Positions 13,692 to 27,865 of a DNA stretch of 64,000 nt are shown here, in pieces. Numbering within the stretch: position 1 is the first letter of the stretch; every line of letters begins with the position of its first letter. The position numbers and the translations under genes are program-made. The notes below the pieces were generated by a model. It was given only the letters and a program-made list of their open reading frames with translations, was not told where the DNA came from and ran no database searches. This stretch comes from Eledone cirrhosa (taxonomy: Eukaryota): NCBI GenBank assembly GCA_964016885.1, contig OZ024762.1:18972001-19036000 (forward strand). The letters run 5' to 3'.

Positions 13692-14412
13692 TACGAGGTG
13701 TGTCAAGAAAGTTCCAGGACTGACGTCACAAAAGATTTATTTCAAACCCAAACTTCACACTAAGGGTTTTCTCCTTCAAAGTAATCCCCCTGGAGTCTAA
13801 TGCACTTTTCCATCCTTTTCTGCCACGCTTGAATGCACTCCTGGAAGGATTCTTCCGGGATCATCCGCAGTTCCGTTGTCACGGCCTTTTTGATGTCGTC
13901 CACGTCTTCAAAAAGGGTCCCCTCCGGGTCGTACTCAAAGATCCATGACTCATTGGGTTTCAAGTCTGGTTGGGTTTCAAGTTAGGTTTCAAGACGCTCG
14001 AGGATGTCCTGGCACACTTGCATGCGTCGACCCTTCTGGTCATCGTTCAGCAGTTTTGGCACCATCTTCGCGCAGACTTTCCGCATGTCCAAATCTTCAG
14101 TGAGAATCTTCCAGACGTTGTCCTGATTCATGCCCAGCTCATTTGCCATCAGTCGAACAGTCAGCCGACGATCGCTGCGCACCATCTGCCTGACGCGTTC
14201 ATCGTTGACCTCAGTCCTGGTTGTTGAGGGCCTTCCACTCCTGGGGTCATCTTGCACCACTCAAAAACACGTGAGCGTGACATCGTCTCATCTCGATACA
14301 TTGGCTGCAGCAATGCCAGTGCTTCTGACAGAGTTTTCCCCAACCGTACCAGAAACTTCAAGTTTGTTCGTTGCTCTGTGCTCATTGCTTGACGACCTGA
14401 AACAGAGGACAT
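13692..14412 (-). mobile_element. Mariner (Tc1/mariner) transposon remnant with frameshifted, internally deleted transposase
   Basis: Peptides EQRTNLKFLVRLGKT..SRSRVFEW, DDPRSGRPST..DRRLTVR..RKVCAKMVPKLL, ESWIFEYDPE and FEDVDDIKKAV..W.KRMEKCI..GDYFEG; terminal TA-CGAGGTGTGTCAAGAAAGTTCC TIR at 13692; most of the catalytic domain is missing. Confidence 0.92.
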
Positions 14413-14829
14413 GCATATAAAATTATGAAGAAAAAGGTTTGATCCCAGTACTTTTTTATCGACCTCAAAAGGATGAAAGGTAAAGTTGACCTTGGTGGGA
14501 TTTTAACTCTGGGAGCAGATACAGAGCCGAAACGACAAACCGCTCGCCAGCCTCTCCGATGTTCTAACCACTTTTTTTCAATTCATCGCCTCTAATGTAC
14601 ATCATTACTAGTCATCAGTAATTATCTGCAAGACGAAGACTGGAGACGAAGAGGAAAACGATAACAAAGAATAAAGACTGCAGACGAAATAGAACAAAAA
14701 TCTGCCATTGAAAGTTTAGAGTCTTAAAAACGGATATTACAGGACGCGGAGAGACCGTATGAGATGATAGAAAAACGAAAATCAAAGGTAACAAACAAAC
14801 AAACACACACACACACACACACGTATAGG

Positions 14830-15670
<841 letters not shown>

Positions 15671-15825
15671 TGACAGTTGTTGATGAGTTTTAAACCTTCA
15701 CTGTTACACTAAACAAACAATATATAAGTTTATCAAGACGATGGTCTTTGTTTTTGTTTTTAGTTGTTGCTTTTCTTCGTAATTTTTTTTAGCAGACGAT
15801 CGTTAGTTGTATAAAATTTCGTGTA

Positions 15826-17050
15826 GTGGTGATGGTGGCGATGGTGTTGTTGGTAATGGTGGTGGCAGTGGTGGTTATGGCGATGGTGGTGATGGTGTTG
15901 TTGGTAATGGTGGTGGCAGTGGTGGTGGTGGTGGTTATGGTGATGATGGTGGTGATGATAATGGTGGTGGTGGTAATGGTGTTGACAGTGGTGGTGGTGG
16001 TGGTGGTGGTGATGATAATGGTGGTGGTGGTAATGGTGTTGACAGTGGTGGTGGTGGTGGTTATGGTGATGGTGGTGATGATAAATGGTGGTGGTGGTAA
16101 TGGTGTTGACAGTGGTGGTGGTGGTGGCGGCGGCGGTGGTTATGGTGATGGTGGTTATGATAATGGTGGTGGTGGAGGTAATGGTGGTGACAGTGGTGGT
16201 GGTGGCTATGGTGATGGTGCTGATGATAATGGTGATAGTGGTGGTGGTGGTAATGGTGGTGACGGTTGAGCTGGTAATAATGTTGTTGTTGGTGGTGGTG
16301 TCGCTCATGGTGGTGACGGTCGTGGTGCTTATGGTGATGGTGGTGGTGGCGGTGATGATGATGGTTATGGTGGCGGTGGTGAAGATGGTGATGATGGTGG
16401 TGATGGTGGTGATGGTAATGGTGGGGTGACGGTGGTGGGGCTTATGGTGATGGTGATGGGGGTGTTGGTGGCGTTAGTGGTAATAATGATGGCAGTGGTT
16501 ATATTGATGATGGTGATGATGGGAATGGGAATGGTAGTAGTGGTGGTGATGGTGGAGGTAGTAATAATATTGATGGTAGTGGTGGTGGTGATGGTGGGGA
16601 TGGTAATAATGCAGGTGGTGGTGGTGGTGGCGTTGATGATGGTGGTGGTGGAGGTGGTGGTGGTGGAGATGGTGGTGGCGGTGGCGTTGATGATGGTGGT
16701 GGTGGTGGTGATGGTGGAGGTGGTGATGATGGTAACGGTAGTGCTGGTGGTGAGGGGGATGATAGTAACGGTGGAGGTAGTTATGGTGGTGGTGGTAGTG
16801 GCGGTGGCGGTAGTGGCGGTAGTGGATGTGATGGTGGTGGTGGTGATGGTGGTGGTAACGGTGGTAGTGGCGGTAGTGGATGTGATGGTGGTGGTGGTGG
16901 CGGTAATGAAGGTGGCGGTAGTGGTGGTGACGGAGGTGGCGGTAGTGGATGTGATGGTGGTGGTGGTGGTGGTAGTGGCGGTGGTGATGGTGGTGGTGGT
17001 AACGGTGGTGGTGGTGGTGGTGGTAGTGGCGGGGAAGATAGCGATGGTGT
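15826..17050. repeat. Degenerate (GGT/GAT)n trinucleotide tract, 1.2 kb
   Basis: Visible; open in several frames only as poly-G/V/H/T. Confidence 0.95.
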
Positions 17051-17339
17051 AGGTGGGGTCTGTTAAACATGAAAGAAATAACAAGTTTGGAAGGAGAATT
17101 TTATATGAACAGTTAATGAGGAGAAAAAGTTTTATTTTTATTTGTTCGACATGTCTAGTAGCTAGAGGAATTCGATTAAACGAGTACATCATCTTCCTTT
17201 AGACGTTCGATCAATCATCAATCACCACTGATCAATCATACAGTCACTGCTGCTACAGATAGTGATTTCATACTTTTATATATTATACATTTGATTTGGT
17301 TAGATAATGGTGTATAGAGCGGAAGTATATATAATATAA

Positions 17340-17460
17340 ACATACATACATATATGTATATATATATGTATGTATATATATATATGTATATATATATATG
17401 TATATATATATGTATATATATATATGTATATATATATATGTATATATATATATGTATATA

Positions 17461-17509
<49 letters not shown>

Positions 17510-17696
17510 GTATATATATATATGTATATATATATATGTATATATATATATGTATATATATATATGTATATATATGTATATATATATATGTATATATGTA
17601 TATATATATATGTATGTATATATATATATGTATATATATATGTATATATATATGTATATATATATGTATATGTATATATATATGTATATATATATG

Positions 17697-17727
<31 letters not shown>

Positions 17728-17824
17728 GTATATATATATATATATATGTATATATATGTATATATATATATGTATATATATGTATATGTATATATATGTA
17801 TATGTATATATATATATGTATATG

Positions 17825-17855
<31 letters not shown>

Positions 17856-18060
17856 GTATATATATATGTATATATATATATATGTATATATATATGTATA
17901 TATATATGTATATATATATATGTATATATATATATGTATATATATATATGTATATATATATATGTATATATATATATGTATATATATATGTATATGTATA
18001 TATATATGTATATATATATGTATATATATATGTATATATATATATATATGTATATGTATA

Positions 18061-18104
<44 letters not shown>

Positions 18105-18287
18105 TAGATATAGATATATTTGTGTCAATGTGTGGGTGGGTGTATGTGTGACTGTGTGGACTGTATGTACACACGTAAATATATATATATACATATGTAT
18201 ATATATATATATATATATATATGAATATATATATATATACATTAGTATATATATATATATGCATACATATTTATATATATATATAAT

Positions 18288-18330
<43 letters not shown>

Positions 18331-18396
18331 TTATATATATATGTACATGTATATATATATTTATGAATATAAATATATATACAGACACACACACAC

Positions 18397-18457
<61 letters not shown>

Positions 18458-18480
18458 AATAAATATATATATGTGTATGT
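17340..18480. repeat. (TA)n/(TATG) microsatellite
   Basis: Visible. Confidence 0.95.
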
Positions 18481-18967
18481 GTGTGTAATTTACATATTAC
18501 ATGGCGGCATCCAAAAGACTGAAACGCTGGACAACGAAAGTGTATTTAACGTTACGAGATTTCGTTTCTAGTTTAATGGTTGCTGCAACCATTATAATAA
18601 TGATGATTTTCTCTTTTGACAAGGAACAAAGCAAATTATGCGGCGGTGATCTGGTTGGAACCGATTTAAAAGTAAACCAAGTTTATAACTGATACTTTAT
18701 ATAGCACACAATTTAATATAGATCTTATTTAACGATCACCACCAGAGCTAATATCATGCAAGCCTACTCCGACAAAGGATGGTCTATATAAGCCTTTCAT
18801 TAAGTCTTTCCTTGTTTTTGGTTTTTAAATGATATACATGCCTTCTGATGAAAACTCAACTAAGTTTGATAATCCATTAAATGTATTTATCATTTCTTTT
18901 TTGTGTTCAATTTACTGAGAAATACGTATTCTGGTGATAACATCATCCTTATTATTATATACTGATA

Positions 18968-20260
18968 AGGTGTGGATTGACAGTTTCGGTAGAGTGTCTG
19001 ACGCCATTCTTTGCAGCAAAGAGTTACGCCCCTTTATGGTCTGAGTTCAAATCCCGCCGAGGTTAACTTTGCCTTTCAACCTTACCGGGTCAATAAAATA
19101 AAGTACCAGTAATACACTGGGTTAATTGCTGGCCTTGTGCCAAAAGCAGAAACAATTATTCTATTCTAGCATTATCACAAGGCCAGTAATTTTGGGTTAT
19201 TTTGTCCAATGCTCCACCGATTCTGCCAATCCACGCGCTTATAGTGTTTCTAACATTATGACAAAGCCAGCAATTTCAGTGTAGGGCAGAAGTTAATTAA
19301 ATCTACCCCAGAACGTGACGGGTACAATATTTTATCGACCTCGAAAAGATGAAATGCAAAGTTGATCTCGGGGAGATCTGAACACAGAACGTAAAGGGTC
19401 GTAACTAAATGCTACAAAGCATTTTTTCCGATGCTCCACCGATTCTGCAAATCCACCGTCCTTATCATTGTTTTCTGACATTACCACAAAGGCCAGTAAT
19501 TTCGGTTTAGAGGGGACGTTGATTAACCCTTCAGCATTTACATTACTCTATACATACTATTAGATTTTTCTGAGTTCAAATCGCGTCGCGGTTAACTTTG
19601 CCTTTCTTCCTTACGGGGTCGATAAAATAAAGTACCAGTAATGCACTGGATAATTGCTGGCCTTGTGCAAAAAGTAGAAACAATTATTATAATGGTTTCT
19701 TATATAGGCACAAGGCCAGCAATTTTGGGGAAGGGGAAAGTCAATTAAAATCGCCCCCAGTGTGTGATTGTTACTTTATTTTATCGACCCCGTAAGGATG
19801 AAAGGCAAAGTTAACCCCGGCCGGATTTGAACTCAGACCATAAAGGGGAGTAACTCCATGCTGCAAAGCATGGTGTCCGACCCTCTACCGATACTGCCAA
19901 TCCACTGCCCAACATAAGCACACGTCCAGCAATTTGGAGGTATCTTTTCTGACGCTCCACTGATTCTGCCAAGCCACCCTCCTTATAATAATGTTTATAA
20001 TATAAGCATAGGTCCATCAATTTGCACGTATTTTTTTTTCTGATGCTCCACTGATCCTGCCAAGCCACCGTCCGTATAATAATGTTTATAACATAAGCAG
20101 AGGGCCAGTAATTTTTGGGGTAGAGGGAAGTGATCGACCTCGAAAGGATGAAAAGTACAGTTGACCTCGGCGAGATCTGAACTCAGAACGTAAAGGGGCC
20201 GTAACTACATGATACAAACCATTTCCTGTGGCGCGCTAACGATTCTGGCAGTCCACCTCT
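18968..20260. mobile_element. Cluster of SINE family A copies and fragments on both strands
   Basis: Full + copy at about 18968-19160, partial + copy 19568-19690, minus copies 19245-19460, 19692-19910 and 20080-20260. Confidence 0.8.
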
Positions 20261-20986
20261 TTTATCATATTCAAGTAACGAAAGTCGTTGCTGAAAATAA
20301 ACAAACAAAACAAAATCGAAAACAGAAAACGAACAAAAATAAAACAATCCCAGTGAGTTTTCCTGCACTGCTTTTGCGATAGTCATAAATATTTGATACT
20401 AATGAAGCAGATTTCGTTATGATGTTGTAATAGACAAATGAAATGAGTTGCTATTTATATCACAGCTGATTACCAGTATCGCTTACCTACTCAATATTGT
20501 CATTGGAAATTAGAACTGTCCTTTTATCATTGTCTTTATTATTTTTTCCTCTCTCTCCGTGTCTGAGATATGAAATGATGGCTGTTCACGAAAGCTATTA
20601 AAGTATGCAAATAAAGACTCGCTGAGGAAAAAAAAAGTATTAATTCTGGTGATTACATTTTTGTTGAAATATTATTGAGAAAAATCAATACTAGTCGGTG
20701 CACACTGCATAATATTACTGGCTTATGAGAGACTGATTAACATTAATATGTATAGAGATGAAAATATCCAGCTTATCACACGATGCTCACAAGGAAGCCA
20801 TTAATATCCGTTATATGATAACTTTACAATGATTAACACCAACACCATATTTAGTTTGATGGGAAACTAGAAGAGGGAGGGAGAGAGAGAAAGAAAGAGA
20901 GAGGGAGAGAGAGATTGAGATAAAGAGAGAGAAGGGGGGAAAGAGGGGGAACAAAGAAGAGGGAGAACAGAAAAAAATAAACAAAA

Positions 20987-22050
20987 GGGAACTCGATACT
21001 TTTGGCGCTGTGGTACACCTCAGCTGCACCCCACAGCGGACAACATGGCGAAGATATTGCCATAGAACAGCCAGTAACACCCACTACATCGGCCATTCCA
21101 CCTCCTAGAGGGAAAACTCTATAGCTTTGGCACGGTGGTACATCTCAGCTGCAAACCAAGGCAGACAACCTGGCCTATATATTATCACAAAACAGCCAGC
21201 AATGTCCACTACATCAGCCATTCCACCTCCTAGAGGGAAAACTCTATAGCTTTGGCACGGTTGTACATCTCAGCTGCAAACCAAGGCAGACAACCTGGCC
21301 TATATATTATCACAAAACAGCCAGCAATGTCCACTACATCAGCCATTCCACCTCCTAGAGGGAAAACTCTATAGCTTTGGCACGGTTGTACATCTCAGCT
21401 GCAAACCAAGGCAGACAACCTGGCCTATATATTATCACAAAACAGCCAGCAATGTCCACTACATCAGCCATTCCACCTCCTAGAGGGAAAACTCTATAGC
21501 TTTGGCACGGTTGTACATCTCAGCTGCAAACCAAGGCGGACAACCTGGCCTATATATTATCACAAAACAGCCAGCAATGTCCACTACATCAGCCATTCCA
21601 CCTCCTAGAGGGAAAACTCTATAGCTTTGGCACGGTTGTACATCTCAGCTGCAAACCAAGGCGGACAACCTGGCCTATATATTATCACAAAACAGCCAGC
21701 AATGTCCACTACATCAGCCATTCCACCTCCTAGAGGGAAAACTCTATAGCTTTGGCACGGTTGTACATCTCAGCTGCAAACCAAGGCGGACAACCTGGCC
21801 TATATATTATCACAAAACAGCCAGCAATGTCCACTACATCAGCCATTCCACCTCCTAGAGGGAAAACTCTATAGCTTTGGCACGGTTGTACATCTCAGCT
21901 GCAAACCAAGGCGGACAACCTGGCCTATATATTATCACAAAACAGCCAGCAATGTCCACTACCTCAACCATTCCACTTCATAAAGGGAAAACTCTCTAGC
22001 TTTGGCACGGCGGTACATTTCAGCTGCAACCCGAGACGGACATGACGAAA
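20987..22050. repeat. 125-bp minisatellite, about 8.5 units
   Basis: CCTCCTAGAGGGAAAACTCT at 21101, 21226, 21351, 21476, 21601, 21726 and 21851; diverged first and last units. Confidence 0.95.
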
Positions 22051-22331
22051 ACATTGTCGTTGAACTGAAGCGATCATCGATGAGTTCCTCAGAAAAACAC
22101 AAGTACGTAACTCTGGGGTACCCGTAGGGGTACCATATTGACATATGGCGTTTGAAGGGCATTTTTTTAAATCCTGGCAGAGCCCTCCAAAGAAGAATAG
22201 AGAGAGTGAGAAGAGAGGGAAGGGAGAAAGAGACAGAGGAAATAGCGAACCCAGTACTAGACTGGTAATTCTTTTATCGACCATAAATGAATGGAAGGAA
22301 AAGTGTGTATGTGTCAAAGACAGAGTGAGTT

Positions 22332-22371
<40 letters not shown>

Positions 22372-22604
22372 AAAAAGAGTGTGTGTGTGTGAGATAGAGA
22401 AAAAGAGAGAGAGAAATAAATTGGAAAGTGAGTGTGTGTGTGTGTGTGTCTGTTATTCAACAGAATAATATAATGTCGATTCTGCTTGAATTATTTCTCG
22501 GATCCAATATCAAATTTATTTAATGTCATTTTCCAGATCTAGTTTCATATTTCAACAGATGGCATTATGTCAAAAATATGTTCCTTGATTTGTTTTAGCT
22601 CGTC

Positions 22605-23718
22605 GCAGTGGAGCCCTCTGGTGTCCTTGGCCCCAGGACCACCTCCCTACTCACTACTACCATAGGCACATAGTTGGCTACCTATAGCAGTAGAGATTTC
22701 TGGTGTCCTTGGCTCTAGGACCACCTCCCTACTCACCACCACCATCGGCACAGAGTTGGCTACCTGTAGCAGTGGAGACTTCTGATGTCCTTGGCCCACC
22801 TCCCTACTCATCACCACCATAGGCACAGAGTTGGCTACCTGTAGCAGTGGAGACCTCTGGTGTCCTTGGCCATAGGACCACCTCCCTACTCACCACCACC
22901 ATCGGCACAGAGTTGGCTACCTGTAGCAGTGGAGACCTCTGGTGTCCTTGACCATAGGACCACCTCCCTAATCACCACCACCATAGGCACAGAGTTGGGT
23001 ACCCGTAGCAGTGGAGACTTCTGATGTCATTGGCTCTAGGACCACCTCCCTACTCACCACCACCATCGGCACAGAGTTGGCTACCTATAGCAGTGGAGAC
23101 TTCTGATGTCCTTGGCCCTAGGACCACCTCCCTACTCATCACCATCGGCACAGAGTTGCCTACCTGTAGTAGTGCAGACCTCTGGTGTCCTTGGCCCTAG
23201 GACCACCTCCCTACTCACCACCATCGGCACAGAGTTTCCTGCCTGTAGCAGTGGGGACCTCTGGTGTCCTTGGCCCTAGGACCACCTCCCTACTCACCAC
23301 CATCGGCACAGAGTTGGCTACCTGTAGCAGTGGAGACCTCTGGTGTCCTTGGCCCTAGGACCACCTCCCTACTCACCACCATCGGCACAGAGTTGGCTAC
23401 CTGTAGCAGTGGAGACCTCTGGTGTCCTTGGCCCTAGGACCACCTCCCTACTCACCACCATCGGCACAGAGTTGGCTACCTGTAGCAGTGGAGACCTCTG
23501 GTGTCCTTGGCCCTAGGACCACCTCCCTACTCACCACCATCGGCACAGAGTTGGCTACCTGTAGCAGTGGAGACCTCTGGTGTCCTTGGCCCTAGGACCA
23601 CCTCCCTACTCACCACCATCGGCACGGAGTTGGCTACCTATATCAGTGGGGACCTCTGGTGTCCTTGGCCCTAGGACCACCTCCCTACTCACCACCATCG
23701 GCACAGAGTTGCTTACCC
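22605..23718 (+). repeat. ~79-bp minisatellite (~14 units) derived from retrotransposon endonuclease coding sequence
   Basis: Period 79 (GTAGCAGTGGAGACC at 23324, 23403, 23482); unit translates AVETSGVLGPRTTSLLTTIGTELATC. Confidence 0.9.
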
Positions 23719-23880
23719 CGTAGGTGTGAGCTTCGCGAGCTGGAATGGTTTTTCCAATGTGTCTCCTCACCATACTCTGCGGGAAATGCCTTCTCTAGTC
23801 TGTCTGCCGGGGCCGAGGGGCGGCCAGCACGTGGGCCCCCATTTGCTTATAATAGTGAGAGTTGGGGAGAGCGAGAGAGA
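23719..23880 (+). mobile_element. 3' end of a CRE-like (RLE-encoding) non-LTR retrotransposon
   Basis: RRCELRELEWFFQCVS..GNAFSSLSAG matches the FQRxSxxxxRGNA C-terminal motif; homologous to 37186-37304 and 58414-58546. Confidence 0.7.
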
Positions 23881-25091
23881 GAGAGGGAGAGAGAGGCAGT
23901 GAAAGGGAGAGAACATCAACAGTTATTTACTTATTTATTTGTATACACACATTCTGTATTACTTTTGTTGTTTTTCTAACTTATTTTTTTATTTTTTTAT
24001 GATGTTGGAAGTTTCTAAAAAGATGAAGACAGAATTTTTATGATGATGATGGGGATGATAATGATGATGATGGTGGTGGTGTAGAGGTGTTGGTTGAGGA
24101 TGAGATGGAGGAGGAGAAGGAGGAGGTAATTGTTGGGAAGGAGGAAGAGGAAGTGGTTGTTGCTACACCTCCACCAGTGACGATTACATGTGTTCCAATT
24201 GTTGGAACAATGGAGCAGCATGCTGGGGGGGGGGGGGGATTAACGTGAAAGTGTCGGAGCTTTCAATGTGACATGGTTTGACAAGACTGACTCTTTGAAT
24301 TTTACACATACAACTCATTGTTTAGTCAGCTGAGTTGACCGGAGCAACATGAAATATAGTGTCTTGATACTGTAGTCAGTAATTTGAAATCACATGGCTC
24401 AATTTGAATTGACGCTTGAAACTAATTCCAGCTGAGAGATAATTTTTACGTAGTTGATATTTTCATATAACACCGCCGGTGTCAGTGTCACCGACAGCGG
24501 AAGCTCTGCATTAATCACGTCTTTCTTAAAAGCTGTTGTCCTACTACATAATTCCTTTAATGTAGATATGTTTGAAAGAATCTGTCGCTGAACTACCTAT
24601 CCAAGAATTGAACCCGGATCATGAGATGTATTTCTCTGCAGGTAAATTTAAATTCGTCGTTAGTGGAATGTAAAAGTGAGTTATTTGGTGGCTTCACGAT
24701 TGTTTTCTCTTCGAATTTTTCGCTTTTCAGTAGACACATATACAGCTCTTGCGGTCAAACACTTGACCAGTGAAGTCCGTCATTTCTTTATTCAAACAAT
24801 TGTGGCCACCCGCTGACGATAGCCAAGATGAAAAATAAATTGTTAAATGTTTATCATTACACCCTTCACGGAGACGAATGTTGTCAGCTTCTTTAGTGGA
24901 GAGACCAAAGAAAATTAGTAAATCACTATGGGTTTTAAAGGCCATAGTAGAGGAAAATTCGTCGAAAATCTTAAGAAAGAGATGAATTTCTCCTTCAAAA
25001 TTATAACCAAACGTATCGATTAACTATCCTTAAAATTAAAAAAATTAAAATATAGACTACTATTACACATGTCCCCGAGAGGTGTGTAATA

Positions 25092-25267
25092 ATTGTTTCT
25101 ACATTTGGCACAAGACCAGCAATTACCCAGTACATTTCTGGTACTTTACGACCCCGTAAGGATGAAAGGCAAAGTTAACCTCGACGGGATTTGAACTCAG
25201 ACCGTAAAGGTACGTAACTATGCTAGAAAGCATGGCGTCCAACCCTCTACAGATACTGCAAATTCAC
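25092..25267 (-). mobile_element. SINE family A with 14-bp target-site duplication
   Basis: AGAGGTGTGTAATA at 25078-25091 and 25268-25281 flanks the copy. Confidence 0.88.
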
Positions 25268-25916
25268 AGAGGTGTGTAATAGTAACAATAAAAAAAAAAA
25301 GTATTGACGTCACTTACACCTCAATTTTACAGCTTATCTCGTATTTAAGCAAGTGTAATAGATTCTATGAACACTAAAAGGTTAACAGATACACACATAA
25401 ATGTGGATAGCCTACAGATTCTTCTCTATCAGTCACAAAAATATAAATTCACGGAGTACATGGTTGTCTGAACAAATCTGCAAGTTACGGTAAGTTCATT
25501 TTAATTTTTACTCTGTCGATCTTTAAAATTTTAAATGTAGGGCACCAAAAACTAATATCAACATCGACTTGTAAAATGTTGCTCTAATCAACATTGATTG
25601 TCATTTTAAAACCTTGTTTAATACTAACTAATTTAAATCTATGCTGCTTATCTAACGTACTGCATGTGTGAACAACTGTATAAATTTACTTTGAACTACC
25701 GTTTGTTTTGTACAACACAGGAATTATCATTTCTAATGTCTCTGAATCGCGTTGTAATAATGTCTTTGAACAAGGTTGTTTGTATAATTCGTCAGTTATT
25801 ATGCCAATAATTAAACCGAGAAAATCGCAAGTAAACCAGTAAAAGCTACAATTTAAATCTTGTATATATGTCAATGTAATTACTCTATATTTTAATATTT
25901 ATCACTGTACATTATT

Positions 25917-26522
25917 GGCGGTGGATTGGCAGTATTGGTAGAGGGTCGGACGCCATGCTTTGACGTATAGAGTTACGGCCTTTGCCATTCTGAGTTCAAA
26001 TCCCGCCAAGGTTAACTTTGTCGTTCATCCTTATGGGGTCGATAAATAAAGTACCAGTAATGTACTGAGTAATTTGCTGGCCTTGTGCCTAACGTAGAAA
26101 CAATTATTGGCAGTATCGGTAGAGGTCGGACGCCATGCTTTGACAACTAGAGTTACGGCCCTTGCCATTCTGAGTTCAAATCCCGCCAAGGTTAACTTTG
26201 TCTTTCATCCTTACGGGGTCGATAAATAAAGTACCAGTAATGTACTGAGTAATTGCTGGCCTTGTGCCAAAAGTAGAAACAATTATTTTACATCACGTTT
26301 AGACACAGAACATTTCACTAGTACTGATTTCTCAAAACAAACAGTTTTGAAAAGCTAGTATTGGCGAAACTTCGGAATAAACAGCTTCTATTAATAATAT
26401 AATTACTCTATATTTTCATATTTCACTGCACATTATTTTACATCGGGTTGGCAGTAACGGTAGAGGGTCAGACGCCATGCTAAGCAGCACAGAGTTACGG
26501 CCCCTCACGGTCTGAGTTCAAA
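25917..26522 (+). mobile_element. Tandem SINE family A dimer plus a 5' fragment
   Basis: Two near-identical copies at about 25917-26107 and 26108-26287; head fragment at 26448-26522. Confidence 0.85.
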
Positions 26523-26834
26523 TTGAGAAACTAGTTCGCTTGGGGAAACTATTTCATCAATATTTTTGTAATGTCCTGCCTTTGTCTCTACCTGTTTTGT
26601 TATGTCCTAATATGTACTGGAATGAACGATATTCACCTTTATTAACCGAAACCGTAGTGATTTCCAGAAGTTGACTGTAGATATATAATTCCCCGTCTTT
26701 CCGTTGTTTTTTTCCATTCTCTTAGTAATGTGCACCTCCATTTTGAATTCACATTCTGAAGACTTAGCTATGTGGGGTTATTTTGAAATTGTATATATAT
26801 ATATATATATAGTTATATATGGGGAGGGTCATAA

Positions 26835-26915
26835 TGTCATAATATGGCCAGAAATAATAACAGACCACACTCACAGTGAGTGTGGTCTGTTATTATTTCT
26901 GGCAATATTATGACA
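26835..26915. repeat. 40-bp-arm hairpin with 1-nt loop
   Basis: TGTCATAATATGGCCAGAAATAATAACAGACCACACTCAC-A-GTGAGTGTGGTCTGTTATTATTTCTGGCAATATTATGACA; single-arm homologue at 38963-39020. Confidence 0.9.
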
Positions 26916-26957
26916 ATATTTGTTTCAACACACGATTTCATATCAAAAACCTTGCAA

Positions 26958-27011
<54 letters not shown>

Positions 27012-27397
27012 CACAACAGTAATAAATACGGAAAGTCAAATTCATAAGGTACCTGGAAATAAACACCTCTGGCCAATCAAGAGTAAATATTTAATATAAT
27101 AACAGAGATAGTTTAAAGCAAAACTCTGACTGGTAACCATCTCACTCAACAAACATTAGGTTATATTTAAATATAAACCCAATTTAAGTGTTTGGGGTGC
27201 TAACAATATGTATAATGTGGAAAAACCAGTTGTATTATTTTATGAGATATAATTAAAGTTAAAGTATATCTCTCTTTCCAAACAATTGTTTCATATATAA
27301 CCAAAGATTAGTATGGTTCGTTGATTACTCAACGATTACAATATTACAATAGATTAGAAGCACTCAACAGTGATTTTCCTGGATTTTTTAATATTAT

Positions 27398-27521
27398 TCA
27401 AAATATATATTTTATTATACATATTTCAAAGGTACTATGGTATTTAAGTACGTTGTCTGATGAAAACGTACTTAAACACCACAGTACCTTTGAAATATAT
27501 ATAATAAAATATATATTTTGA
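27398..27521. repeat. 57-bp-arm imperfect hairpin
   Basis: 27398-27454 pairs with 27465-27521; loop GTCTGATGAA. Confidence 0.85.
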
Positions 27522-27579
27522 TGATGAGAATATTTTTCATTTGTTAACATTTTGAATAATATATATATAGAGAGAGAGA

Positions 27580-27737
27580 AGCTTTCGCCGTATTTTTTGA
27601 CAAAGGGAATTTTAGCCTGATAGTGGGGTTTAGAACCATCTGAGAAATGGAAAAAAGGTGAGTATTGGTGTACATGGGAGTCGAACCCACATATTTCGTT
27701 ATCCAGACCACTGTGCTACCATTTACCATTTCCTCGC
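27580..27737 (-). mobile_element. tRNA-related (SINE-like) element, third family
   Basis: Minus strand has TGGTAAATGGTAG A-box-like and GGGTTCGACTCCC B-box; no complete cloverleaf. Confidence 0.45.
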
Positions 27738-27865
27738 TTTAAAAAATGTCTTCACGCACAGGCATTGCACGATAGAAATAATTAATAATAATGGTATATC
27801 GCGCAATGGCCATACTCGATAACGAGGGGGTAGCCATCATGTATGTATGTACGTATGTATGTATA

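Noticed and set aside
15760-17192. Gly-rich, His-rich and Thr-rich ORFs resembling structural or mucin-like proteins
   Set aside because: Degenerate (GGT)n tract; frames shift arbitrarily and there is no splice or signal-peptide support
18845-18880. CTGATGA-aaac..gttt-GATA hammerhead-like string
   Set aside because: GAAA core is broken and there is no stem I or III pairing
21093-21960. Sushi/CCP-like peptide (GKLYSFGTVVHLSCKP) in the 125-bp repeat
   Set aside because: The period is not a multiple of 3, the other conserved Cys/Trp positions are missing and there are no splice sites
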